This document shows positions 29,001-37,815 of a DNA stretch of 64,000 nucleotides, piece by piece (the stretch's first letter is position 1; each line of letters begins with the position of its first letter). Where the stretch lies: NCBI GenBank assembly GCA_036480375.1, contig JAZGGI010000016.1:32682-96681 (forward strand), written 5' to 3'. Origin of the DNA: Candidatus Zixiibacteriota bacterium (GTDB taxonomy: Bacteria > Zixibacteria > MSB-5A5 > GN15 > JAAZOE01). Below the pieces are notes generated by a model. The model was not told the origin of the DNA, searched no databases, and was given only the letters and a program-made list of their open reading frames with translations. The translations under genes and the position numbers were made by a program.

Positions 29001-29087
29001 CTATTGAAACGACCAAATAATAGACTTGCCTTAACAAAATAATCTTTTCTTATTTCGAATTAACGATTCCGGAAAAAGAGGCTCAGT

Positions 29088-29831
29088 TTGGAAAAATCAA
29101 GATTATCTCATAAAAGATATGCCGCGTTACTGGGAGTGGCATTTCTTATTCTCTGGATCGTACTGGCGATAAACCCTCATGACCGGCAGGACTGGGCTTT
29201 GGAAAATCTCCTGGCGGTCGTATGTGTCGGGGTTCTGGCATTTACCGCCAAGAGATTTCCACTTTCACGGATTTCCTACTCATTAATTTTTTTATTTATA
29301 GGTGTTCATGAAATCGGAGCTCATTATACCTACGCGCAGGTACCATATGACGCCTGGTTTGAGTCAATAATCGGCCGGACATTTAATTCGTTGATGGGGT
29401 GGGAAAGAAATCATTTCGACCGCCTGGTTCATTTCAGTTACGGCCTGCTTCTGGCTTATCCGATTCGGGAAGTGTTTTTTCGAGTCGCTCATGTCAAAGG
29501 TTTTTGGGGATATTTCCTGCCTCTGGATGTAACGATGTCAACATCAATGCTCTTTGAATTATTCGAATGGGGAGCGGTCAAAGTTTTTGGCGGCGATCTG
29601 GGCGTGGCCTACCTGGGAACACAGGGTGACATTTGGGACGCTCACAAAGATATGGGATTGGCCAGCTTGGGGGCGTTTCTGGCCATGCTGGTAACGGCCT
29701 TTATTAATTATCGCCTGCAGAGAGATTTTGCCCGGGAATGGTCGGAGAGTCTGAAAGTTAAAAATAACCTGCCCCTGGGCGAAGACGAAATCAAGAGGTT
29801 GATTAAAAAGCGAAAAAACAATAGTGAATAA
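29088..29831 (+). CDS. DUF2238 / YjdF-family inner-membrane protein
   Basis: Pattern NPHDRQDWALENLL...FPLSRISYSLIFLFIGVHEIGAHYTYAQVPYDAW is typical of YjdF-like proteins. TTG start. Confidence 0.6.
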   Translation: MEKSRLSHKRYAALLGVAFLILWIVLAINPHDRQDWALENLLAVVCVGVLAFTAKRFPLSRISYSLIFLFIGVHEIGAHYTYAQVPYDAWFESIIGRTFNSLMGWERNHFDRLVHFSYGLLLAYPIREVFFRVAHVKGFWGYFLPLDVTMSTSMLFELFEWGAVKVFGGDLGVAYLGTQGDIWDAHKDMGLASLGAFLAMLVTAFINYRLQRDFAREWSESLKVKNNLPLGEDEIKRLIKKRKNNSE

Positions 29832-29848
29832 ATTCGTGGGAGATGAGA

Positions 29849-30085
29849 ATGTCAAAGTTAAAAATGACCGGTGAGATTCGGACCGATAAAGATGTTGAAT
29901 ACAGCGATTTACCCGCCGATATGTGGGGCGAAGCGGTTTTTAATATCGACGGGGAAGAACTGGTAATGGAAGTCAGCCTTGAGGATAAAGCTATCGTGGC
30001 TATTATGGCCGGGGAAGACGCCGTATGGAAAGGCACTTTTGAGGGTTTGAAAATGCTCCTCCGCGGCGAGATCAAGGCGCGGTAG
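29849..30085 (+). CDS. small hypothetical protein
   Basis: 78-aa ORF, with the ATG 7 nt after GGGAG. No recognisable motif. Confidence 0.4.
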   Translation: MSKLKMTGEIRTDKDVEYSDLPADMWGEAVFNIDGEELVMEVSLEDKAIVAIMAGEDAVWKGTFEGLKMLLRGEIKAR

Positions 30086-30152
30086 ATTATTATAGAATAC
30101 CTTTTACGGTTGCTATGTATTTTAATGATTAGATATAACAAGGCGGCGTGCG

Positions 30153-30563
30153 ATGAAATTGTTGATGATATACACTGATAGATTTGCCTATAAAACCAGC
30201 GTTAAGGCGGTTGAAGAAGTTCAGGATATCGATGAAGAACGGGAAATTAATGATACTCTGATAGGATTCATACAGGTCGAAAAAGAGGATGAAGAAAACC
30301 TGTCGGCGGTCGAAACCAAAATGATTAAGAATCTAAAATGGGCGGCCCGCAAAAACGATACGCGCAAAATACTCCTGCATTCTTTCGCGCATTTATCCGA
30401 AAGCAAAGCTACTCTCGAAGCCACCAAACAATTATTCGACAGCGCTGAGCATAGGTTGACGAAAGCGGAATACGAAGTTTCCCAAACGCCGTTCGGGTAT
30501 TTTCTTGATTTGGATATTCAGGCTCCGGGCAAATCATTGGCCCGGATATTCGTTGATATTTGA
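30153..30563 (+). CDS. stand-alone homologue of the archaeal ThrRS N-terminal editing domain (tRNA-Thr_ED / DTD2-like fold)
   Basis: Collinear match by eye to the Pyrococcus-type ThrRS editing domain: MKLLMIYTDRFAYK, LIGFIQVEKEDEEN, ILLHSFAHLSES, TPFGYFLDLDIQAPGKSLAR. Confidence 0.6.
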   Translation: MKLLMIYTDRFAYKTSVKAVEEVQDIDEEREINDTLIGFIQVEKEDEENLSAVETKMIKNLKWAARKNDTRKILLHSFAHLSESKATLEATKQLFDSAEHRLTKAEYEVSQTPFGYFLDLDIQAPGKSLARIFVDI

Positions 30564-30566
30564 TTA

Positions 30567-31295
30567 TCAATACGCCTTATGCACCAGAATATATTCTTTG
30601 GCCAGTTTGCCGTATTCCCGGGCTAATTTTTCCGTAAGATGGACTTTGCTAATCATTTTTTTATCAATCGATTTGGTATCGCGAAAAGTAGATTCTATGA
30701 TCGCCAGGTTGGCGCCTTTTACTAAATTCTTATTGAACTTGTTCGTGCCGGTATCGCCGGTTATGGCGATGATTTCATCTTCACAGGAAATTCGATAACC
30801 GAGAGCGGGGAGAGGGTCGGTAATTCCGGCTCCGGCAACGCTGCCGTAATGGGTCATTTCAAATACTTCAATATTCATCCCGGCGACCGATCGTTTATCT
30901 CCTTCGTTGAGATTGCCCAGAATGATTGGAAATTCAGTCGTGAAATCATATATGCGTGTGAATTCACGCACCATAGATTCAACTTCAATACAATCACTTG
31001 GAGCATATATAACGAGAGTTTCTTCGCGGCCGATCATACGGAGAAAACCAAGCAGCGAATGAAGCCCTCCCATATGATCAAAATGCCCGTGTGTAATGAA
31101 AATTGCTGATAATTTCTTGTAATTAATTTTGTTTTTCAATAAATCTCTTAGGATACCATCTCCGCAATCGATCAATATTGCCCCTTCTGAATTTTCAATC
31201 CAAACCTGATTAGCGATTCCGGCTCGTGAATATAGAATATCGACGGTTAATGATTTTCCATTCCATCGGGCATAATTATTTTTATCAAGATTCAT
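30567..31295 (-). CDS. MBL-fold metallo-hydrolase (RNase Z-like small form)
   Basis: ITHGHFDHMGG motif, a later HYGS motif and a C-terminal H. 242 aa. Confidence 0.7.
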   Translation of the reverse strand: MNLDKNNYARWNGKSLTVDILYSRAGIANQVWIENSEGAILIDCGDGILRDLLKNKINYKKLSAIFITHGHFDHMGGLHSLLGFLRMIGREETLVIYAPSDCIEVESMVREFTRIYDFTTEFPIILGNLNEGDKRSVAGMNIEVFEMTHYGSVAGAGITDPLPALGYRISCEDEIIAITGDTGTNKFNKNLVKGANLAIIESTFRDTKSIDKKMISKVHLTEKLAREYGKLAKEYILVHKAY

Positions 31296-31344
31296 GATAT
31301 TATCCTCATTCCATTATTGATAACTCAAAATGATAACGTACGCG

Positions 31345-31470
31345 TTATAGCTTTTTGGGACCAATAGTTTTTATTGTGACGATTTTCTTTAGTTTATTCT
31401 TTTGCGATGAACAATCGCATCCAACACATCCCTGTCCCTTACTTTTATCCCAAAACGTATTTCCAATATA
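31345..31470 (-). pseudogene. truncated paralogue of the FeoB-associated Cys-rich small gene (C-terminal 41 codons only)
   Basis: The frame reads YIGNTFWDKSKGQGCVGCDCSSQKNKLKKIVTIKTIGPKKL*, versus GKTLWKESKGQGCAGCNCTSQGKKLHKFVRIKNIGPKKL* in the intact copy. A TGA lies immediately upstream, with no ATG and no TM segment. Confidence 0.55.
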
Positions 31471-31584
31471 TCAACCTCAAGCTGAGGTTTAGCAAACCTG
31501 ATTTTCGCCGCTGCGTGCTGGATCCACTCCAGCGAGATCTTAGCCGCCGTTATGGAGTGAATAAACACAATTCCTACTATATTA

Positions 31585-32136
31585 TCATGTTGCTTCCTTA
31601 TACATCCACTCATCAGCAAGTAAGGCATAGATATATTTATCCCACCATTCACTTTCTTCATAAACTGCTTCTCTTAACTGTGCCTCTCGCCTCATCCCAA
31701 GACTTTCCATTATTTTCCAGGATGCAGAATTGCCGCTACTTGTATCCGCTTGAATGCGGTGCAAATCAAGCGATCTAAACCCATAGTTCATCAATGCTTT
31801 GGCTCCTTCTGTGGCATATCCCTGCCCTCGATACTCAGTACCCAGCGCCCATCCGATTGCCCCTTGTTTTTGGTCTCGACATATCAGCGTCAACAATCCC
31901 ATCACCTTGCCATCTTCTTTCCGTTCAATGGCCAGGTCAAATACCTTTTCCTTTTCAAAGGGCTGATATGAATTCTGCAAGTCGATGTATTTTTTAATCC
32001 CGTCTTCGGTAGCTTCTATATTATCGGATGTTACTTTTGCTACCGAAGGTTGAGACACAAATTCAAATATATCTTGTGCATCTTCATGAGTATATCTTCG
32101 TAGGATAATACGATCAGAGGTTATTGGCAATGTCAT
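31585..32136 (-). CDS. GNAT-family N-acetyltransferase (RimJ/RimL-like)
   Basis: Start at MTLPITS (32136), 7 nt after GGAGGA. GNAT motif A region is present (QGAIGWALGTEYRGQGYATEGAKALMNYGF). Confidence 0.8.
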   Translation of the reverse strand: MTLPITSDRIILRRYTHEDAQDIFEFVSQPSVAKVTSDNIEATEDGIKKYIDLQNSYQPFEKEKVFDLAIERKEDGKVMGLLTLICRDQKQGAIGWALGTEYRGQGYATEGAKALMNYGFRSLDLHRIQADTSSGNSASWKIMESLGMRREAQLREAVYEESEWWDKYIYALLADEWMYKEAT

Positions 32137-32278
32137 ACTGGGATCCTCCGCTTGGCCGAGATTTTCCATATAAAGGTTTCAAAAGAATGGTTTGTACTTT
32201 TAGTTTTTTGAATATATAAAAAGTGTCTTGAATAGTCAAGAATTGCCTAGTTTTACTCAGTTAAATGGCTTTTTGGCT

Positions 32279-32452
32279 TTATAACTTCTTCGGACCAATG
32301 TTTTTTATTCTGACGAATTTATGCAATTTTTTCCCCTGCGAAGTACAATTACAACCAGCGCATCCCTGCCCCTTACTTTCTTTCCATAAAGTTTTTCCGA
32401 CATACCAGGCGGCGGCAATAACAACGACAGTAACAATAATTAGCTCAAACAT
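32279..32452 (-). CDS. FeoB-associated Cys-rich membrane protein (57 aa, below the ORF-track cutoff)
   Basis: Translates to MFELIIVTVVVIAAAWYVGKTLWKESKGQGCAGCNCTSQGKKLHKFVRIKNIGPKKL. One TM helix followed by a GCxGCxC motif. Starts 12 nt after the feoB stop, with a GAGG RBS. Confidence 0.7.
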   Translation of the reverse strand: MFELIIVTVVVIAAAWYVGKTLWKESKGQGCAGCNCTSQGKKLHKFVRIKNIGPKKL

Positions 32453-32464
32453 ATCAGCCTCATA

Positions 32465-34624
32465 TTAATTAAGCCCCAAGAGCCTTCCACCTTGATATAC
32501 GATTAACGCCAGACCATACGCTAAGGAAAAAGTATAGATTATCTGGTAGAAAAGTTCCTTCCATGATCCCGATTCGCGCAGGAATACGGCAAGCGCAGCC
32601 ATGCAGGGAGTATACAATAGAATAAAAACGACAAACGCATAAGCGATCAATTTGGAATAAGCCGGGTCATGGGCCAGTTTTTGTCTTAGGGATGTCGATT
32701 CTTCACCGGCCTCGCCGACCCCATAAATGGTACCCATGGTTGACACCACGACTTCCTTGGCGGCGAAGCATGAAACGAGAGCGATGCCCAAACGCCAGTC
32801 GAATCCCAAGGGTGCGATAACCGGCTCAACAGTCTTACCGATTTTACCGGCAAAACTATTAGATAATTGCTCCGACGCTTTAATGTTTTGAAAGCCTGTA
32901 AGGGTTGTTTCTAATTCATCTCCCGTCAGGTTTCCAATTTCCTGTTGAGAGACGGCTTCTTCGGCGAGGGAATCATAGTCATGCGAAAACGTATCCGTTC
33001 GGGGAAATGTCATCAAAAACCACATAATTATCGAGATACCCAAAATAACCGTACCGGCTTTTCGCAGATAGAGCCATGAGCGTTCCCACATATGAATAGA
33101 CAGTGAACGCAAAGTTGGTACCCGATAAGGAGGAAGTTCCATAATGAAGGGAGCCGACATACCTTTGAATCTGAAGGTCCGGAGAATTTTGACCATCGCG
33201 ATGGCAATGATGATACCCAGAACATAAATGGAAAAAACGACATTGCCGGCATTTTCCGGCCAGAACGCTCCGCAAATTAAAATATATACCGGTAATCTGG
33301 CTCCACAACTCATAAAGGTCGTTACATGCAAAGTGACCAGTCGGTCTGTTTTGTCTTCTAAAATACGGCTGCCCATGTAGGCCGGAACCGAACACCCGAA
33401 ACCGATAATCATCGGTATAAATGATTTGCCGTGCAGTCCTATTTTGTGCATGATGCGGTCCATTATGAATGCGGCCCGAGCCATATAGCCGCTGTCTTCG
33501 AGTAAGGCGATGCACAAAAAGAGCATCATGATATTGGGCAAAAAGACAATGACGCCTCCGACACCTCCGATAATACCATCAACTATGAGTGAACTCAAAA
33601 GGCCGTCGGGGAGAGTCGATTGCAGCCAGCCGGATAATAGAGAAATGCCGCTTTCAATCCAGTCCATGGGGTATTCGCTCAAAGTAAAGGTCAGATTAAA
33701 CATCAGCCATATCAGAAAACCGAAAATGGGCAGACCCAGGACGGGGTGAATGAGGGCCAGATCGATTTTATCGGAAATATCATGGCGATTGGTCCCGGTT
33801 AATGTTATCGCTTCGGCGCAGGCTCCGCTGATATAAGCGTATCTCCTATCCGATACAACCGCCGCCGTTTCATCACCAAAAAGAGTTTCTATATTATTTC
33901 GAGATTTATCAATTGCCTGATAGAATTCCAAATCGGAAACACTGTTTTCAAAATGGGAAATAATTTCTTTGTCATTCTCGAGAATCTTGAGAGCCAGCCA
34001 ACGGGGGCGGTAGCCGTTGGTAATGGCGGTGTAATTATCAAGCGATTTTTCAATCCGAGTAAGCTCCGTCTCGAATTCCCTGCCATAATTTATTTCAATC
34101 GGATTATTTTTCTTGCCGTTTCTCACCGTTTCAATTACGGCACGCATTAAATTATCCATCCCTTTTCGTTTCGATCCGATTGTGGGAATAATCGGGACAC
34201 CCAGAAGCTGGGAAAGCAATTTGGTATCAATCTGTATTCCCCGGGAATGAGTCATGTCGCTCATATTGAGAGCGATCACGACCGGAATGCCCAGCTCAAT
34301 GATTTGTGTAGTTAAATATAGATTACGCTCGATATTTGTGGCGTCCACGACATCAACGACAACATCAGGCTTTTCTTTTATGATATAGTTGCGCGCGATT
34401 ATTTCTTCGATAGAATAGGCTGACAAGGAATAGGTCCCCGGAAGATCGACTAATTTATATCGATGACCGTCAAAATTCGAATAGCCTTCTTTTTTTTCAA
34501 CGGTAACACCGGGATAGTTGCCGACATGCTGGTTGGCGCCGGTCAGGTTATTAAAAATTGTCGTTTTTCCGGAATTGGGATTTCCGGACAAGGCGATTGT
34601 AAATTCCTGTTTATCCGAATTCAA
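32465..34624 (-). CDS. feoB: ferrous iron transporter FeoB
   Basis: N-terminal G-domain (GNPNSGKTT, DLPG, NMSD) followed by a polytopic membrane domain. 719 aa. Confidence 0.95.
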   Translation of the reverse strand: MNSDKQEFTIALSGNPNSGKTTIFNNLTGANQHVGNYPGVTVEKKEGYSNFDGHRYKLVDLPGTYSLSAYSIEEIIARNYIIKEKPDVVVDVVDATNIERNLYLTTQIIELGIPVVIALNMSDMTHSRGIQIDTKLLSQLLGVPIIPTIGSKRKGMDNLMRAVIETVRNGKKNNPIEINYGREFETELTRIEKSLDNYTAITNGYRPRWLALKILENDKEIISHFENSVSDLEFYQAIDKSRNNIETLFGDETAAVVSDRRYAYISGACAEAITLTGTNRHDISDKIDLALIHPVLGLPIFGFLIWLMFNLTFTLSEYPMDWIESGISLLSGWLQSTLPDGLLSSLIVDGIIGGVGGVIVFLPNIMMLFLCIALLEDSGYMARAAFIMDRIMHKIGLHGKSFIPMIIGFGCSVPAYMGSRILEDKTDRLVTLHVTTFMSCGARLPVYILICGAFWPENAGNVVFSIYVLGIIIAIAMVKILRTFRFKGMSAPFIMELPPYRVPTLRSLSIHMWERSWLYLRKAGTVILGISIIMWFLMTFPRTDTFSHDYDSLAEEAVSQQEIGNLTGDELETTLTGFQNIKASEQLSNSFAGKIGKTVEPVIAPLGFDWRLGIALVSCFAAKEVVVSTMGTIYGVGEAGEESTSLRQKLAHDPAYSKLIAYAFVVFILLYTPCMAALAVFLRESGSWKELFYQIIYTFSLAYGLALIVYQGGRLLGLN

Positions 34625-34868
34625 CTTCCTTCACCTTGATTTTAATGGCCGCCCCGCGTCCAATCCCCAATCTGGTGCATCGGACTTCAAGTCCGACCGG
34701 ACCGTGGCCCGAATTGGCTATAATGGTAAAATACGTTCCCGAATTGAGCCCCATCGACGCGATTTTTTCACGAAGCTTGAATCCCCCGTCTAAACTCACC
34801 AGTTGATAAGTTTTGCCAACTTTGGTTTCACTAAGGTTCAGTTGGTCGAATTTAGTCATAGAGCTCAT
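34611..34868 (-). CDS. feoA: FeoA-family protein
   Basis: SH3-like FeoA pattern (YQLVSLDGGFKLREKIASMGLNSGTYFTII). Start at 34868 after GGAGAG. 14-nt overlap with feoB. Confidence 0.85.
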   Translation of the reverse strand: MSSMTKFDQLNLSETKVGKTYQLVSLDGGFKLREKIASMGLNSGTYFTIIANSGHGPVGLEVRCTRLGIGRGAAIKIKVKEVEFG

Positions 34869-34903
34869 CTTTCTCTCCGATGCAATTAGCGTTTTATCAA
34901 ACA

Positions 34904-35377
34904 TTATTTATTAACCCGTTTTTTCTGATTTTGTTTCCGTTCCGCCATTTTCCGGCAGTCCTTACAAATTCCAAAAATCTTAAAATGATGAGAATGAGTC
35001 TCGAATTCGTGTTTTCGAGCGATCGCCTTTTCCTCGGCATCCAGGGCTTCACTTGAAAACTCGACAATCTTTTTACATTTCTGGCAAATCAGGTGATGAT
35101 GATGTTCGGAATCGATTGTATGTTCAAAGCGGGATATTCCGTCATTGAATAATACCTCCCGTGCCAAGCCGCTGTCGGCGATAAGTTTCATAGTGCGATA
35201 GATGGTCGCGTAACCGACTTTCCGGCTAAGTTTTTTAAGAATCATATGGAGGTCGTCAACCGAAACATGATCATTAGTCGATAAAAAAGCGTCAAGGATG
35301 ATTTCTCTTTGGGTGGTTCCTTTGAGCCCCGAGGCCTTTATATACTCATTAAAGATTTGATGAGCGTCAATACTCAT
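34904..35377 (-). CDS. fur: Fur-family transcriptional regulator
   Basis: Winged-helix N-terminus, His-rich metal site (EHHHHLICQKC) and a second CxxC (CKDC). Start at MSID (35377) after GGGAG. Confidence 0.85.
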   Translation of the reverse strand: MSIDAHQIFNEYIKASGLKGTTQREIILDAFLSTNDHVSVDDLHMILKKLSRKVGYATIYRTMKLIADSGLAREVLFNDGISRFEHTIDSEHHHHLICQKCKKIVEFSSEALDAEEKAIARKHEFETHSHHFKIFGICKDCRKMAERKQNQKKRVNK

Positions 35378-35393
35378 TATTACTCCCAAAATA

Positions 35394-35412
35394 GAAATTG
35401 AGAATCATTATC
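35394..35412. promoter_or_regulatory. Fur box
   Basis: GAAATTGAGAATCATTATC matches 16 of 19 positions of the GATAATGATAATCATTATC consensus. It sits between the predicted -10 and the fur start. Confidence 0.65.
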
Positions 35413-35423
35413 AATTGGGGAGT

Positions 35424-35451
35424 AATATACATCTCTTTTATTTATTGTCAA
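35424..35451 (-). promoter_or_regulatory. sigma70-type promoter of the fur-feoAB operon
   Basis: Minus strand reads TTGACA (35451-35446), 16-nt spacer, TATATT (35429-35424). The Fur box begins ~12 nt downstream. Confidence 0.55.
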
Positions 35452-35734
35452 GGTCTTAACAGCAAAAAAATGCAAAAAAGGCCATATTTTGTAATATACT
35501 GATAGATTATTAGTTATAGAGATTTGCGGCTTAATTTTTAGTTCTTTTTTGTATTTGAAATTAGCCTGATATTATATAATCCCTCGGTCATTCACTTTCG
35601 AAAAACAATATTGAATACGGAAAATTTTCGATATTCTGTCAATATTTTAATTGTGACGAGCGGCTCAATATTGATATTTATATTTGTACAATTTGAACCT
35701 GACAGATAAACATATAAATTACGGAGGATGAATT

Positions 35735-36334
35735 GTGAAGAATTTAATCCTTATTTTAATTGTTTCAGCGGTTTTGCTGGGATGCGGATCATCATCGCGC
35801 CAGATACATCGGATCGATCCCGAAACGGTGACCGATGTCAGCGGAAAATGGAATGACACTGACGCGAGATTAGTTGCCGAAGAAATGGTTAGTGATTGTT
35901 TGTCGCGGCCCTGGTTGATCGATTTTGCCTCGGCTACCAGCCAGAAACCATTTGTCACCGTCGGTCTGATACGTAATAGAAGCAGCGAGCATATCGATAC
36001 GGAAACATTCACAACCGATTTTGAACGAGAACTTATCAATTCCGGGCAAATCAGGTTCGTTGCCACTCGCGATCAAAGGGAAGATGGGCGCGAGGAAAGG
36101 TACGACCAGCGGGATTTCGCGTCGCGCGAAACAATGAAAAAACTTCGGGCAGAAACGGGCGCTGATTTTATCCTCCTGGGAGCGATAAAATCAATCGTTG
36201 ACGAGGCAGGCGGAGTTCGTGTCGTTTATTACCAAACCGATTTGGAACTAATCAATATTGAAACGGCTGAAAAAGTTTGGATCGGCACCAAAAAAGTCAA
36301 GAAGGAAATCTCAAAGGATAAAACGAGCTGGTAG
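35735..36334 (+). CDS. LpoB/YcfM-family lipoprotein (penicillin-binding-protein activator-like)
   Basis: GTG start after GGAGGA. Lipobox LLGCGS. GKWNDTDARLVAEEMVSDCLSRPWL and VGLIRNRSSEHIDTETFT are typical of this family. Confidence 0.6.
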   Translation: MKNLILILIVSAVLLGCGSSSRQIHRIDPETVTDVSGKWNDTDARLVAEEMVSDCLSRPWLIDFASATSQKPFVTVGLIRNRSSEHIDTETFTTDFERELINSGQIRFVATRDQREDGREERYDQRDFASRETMKKLRAETGADFILLGAIKSIVDEAGGVRVVYYQTDLELINIETAEKVWIGTKKVKKEISKDKTSW

Positions 36335-36345
36335 GAATCAGGCGA

Positions 36346-37746
36346 TTGATAAAGTTGCGCGATAAATTAAAGATCGCCGTTCTTTTTGTCTGTGCACTGG
36401 GCGTTTTTTCCGGCTGCAGTTCGGTCGCGACGCAAAAAGCCTTTTATGAGCCGATTGAAAAGGAGTTAAGACAGGGTAATTTTTCATCGGCAGTCGCTCA
36501 GATTGAAGAGGCAAAAACTAACGGAAAGTACAAAAAGAAGGATCGCTTTTTGTACTATCTGGATGCCGGCCTGGCCTATCATTATAATCTTCAATTTGAT
36601 TCCAGTATTTCGCGCCTGACCCAGGCGGAAGACGCCGCCGATGAATTATATACTCGCAGTATCTCGCGGGCGGTAGGTTCTATAATATTAAACGATAATA
36701 TCCTGGAATATACCGGGGAAGATTACGAGATACTGTATTCAAATCTAATCAAGGCCTTAAATTACATTTCCCTTGATCTATTTGACGATGCTTTTGTCGA
36801 AATACGTCGCGCCAATGAAAAACTCAATTTACTGGAACAAAAGTACCGCGAAGAAGCGGATATGCTCAATGCCCAGGACCGAGACGATTCATCGAGAGTT
36901 GAAATTAATTACGAGGCCAAACCATCGCGGTTTAATAATTCCGCCTTTGCCCGGTATATGAGCCTGCATATGTATGCCGCCGATGGCAAATATGACGACG
37001 CCGAGCTTGATTATGACCTAATGCGACGTGCCTTCATCGAGCAGCCTCATATCTATGATTTCGAAATGCCGGAGGTTATATATGCTTCCGATTCTCTGTC
37101 GGTTCTGTCAATAGTGGGACTGGTTGGATTCGCGCCGGTTAAAGAAGCTATGAATTTGCGCTTGCGAACCGACAAAGAGTTAAAACTCGTACAGATATTG
37201 TATGATGATCCTAAAATGCCACATGCTGAATACGGTCATATACCAATGGACGTCAAAGAAGATTATTATTTTAAGTTTTCCATTCCGCAATTGGTTTCCC
37301 GGCCGACCGATATAGAGAGTATTCGAGTCTTCGCGAATGATACCTATCTGGGTGATTTGCGCTTGATTGAAGATATCGGTAAAGCGGCGATTGAAACTTT
37401 TGAGGCCAAAAAATCTATGATATATCTAAAGACCCTGGCCCGAGCAATCATGAAGGGACTGAAAACCCATAATATGAAAAAGAAGGCGGACAAAGGGAGT
37501 GGGGGATGGCTTAAGAAACTTGCGATTGACGCTATTACCGATTTCACAGAGAATGCCGATTTGCGATGTTCGCGTCTTTTGCCCGGATATATTCTTGTCG
37601 GTGATTTTGAATTGCCTCCAGGCCAACATGATATAAAAATCCAAATTCTGGACGTCTCCGGAAATATAATTGAAGAAAAGTTTTTCGAGAGTTTTCAGGT
37701 AAGAAAGAACGATTTTAATTTACTCGAAGTGATTCGCCTGAATTAG
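36346..37746 (+). CDS. hypothetical lipoprotein (TPR-like N-terminal region), frequent LpoB-like neighbour
   Basis: Lipobox VFSGCS. 466 aa and co-oriented 11 nt after the LpoB-like gene. Exact start (TTG) is uncertain. Confidence 0.5.
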   Translation: MIKLRDKLKIAVLFVCALGVFSGCSSVATQKAFYEPIEKELRQGNFSSAVAQIEEAKTNGKYKKKDRFLYYLDAGLAYHYNLQFDSSISRLTQAEDAADELYTRSISRAVGSIILNDNILEYTGEDYEILYSNLIKALNYISLDLFDDAFVEIRRANEKLNLLEQKYREEADMLNAQDRDDSSRVEINYEAKPSRFNNSAFARYMSLHMYAADGKYDDAELDYDLMRRAFIEQPHIYDFEMPEVIYASDSLSVLSIVGLVGFAPVKEAMNLRLRTDKELKLVQILYDDPKMPHAEYGHIPMDVKEDYYFKFSIPQLVSRPTDIESIRVFANDTYLGDLRLIEDIGKAAIETFEAKKSMIYLKTLARAIMKGLKTHNMKKKADKGSGGWLKKLAIDAITDFTENADLRCSRLLPGYILVGDFELPPGQHDIKIQILDVSGNIIEEKFFESFQVRKNDFNLLEVIRLN

Positions 37747-37767
37747 ATTCTTCACATTCTTCGAAAC

Positions 37768-37797
37768 AAAAAAGGCCGGTCAATCCCGGCCTTTTAT
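37768..37797. terminator. bidirectional intrinsic terminator between convergent genes
   Basis: AAAAAAGGCCGG tcaatc CCGGCCTTTT, with A- and T-runs on either side. Confidence 0.75.
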
Positions 37798-37815
37798 GTC
37801 AATCATTACAGAATT

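Noticed and set aside
31389-31661. 90-aa ORF overlapping the GNAT gene's 3' end.
   Set aside because: Its N-terminal part overlaps the GNAT coding region in another frame. Its 3' part is the out-of-frame reading of the FeoB-associated-gene relic. No RBS.
32979-33515. 178-aa alternative-frame ORF within feoB. Similar internal or antisense ORFs occur at 6648-7181 (mlaD), 46968-47504 and 47888-48400 (GH13 gene), 10462-10914 and 20905-21378.
   Set aside because: They are entirely contained in genes with clear family motifs. No independent start signals or recognisable domains were seen.
35605-35674. CAATATTGA palindromes (35606-35614, 35666-35674, partial copy at 35640) upstream of the LpoB-like operon, considered as operator sites.
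   Set aside because: The region is extremely AT-rich, so short AT palindromes are expected by chance. No cognate regulator is nearby.
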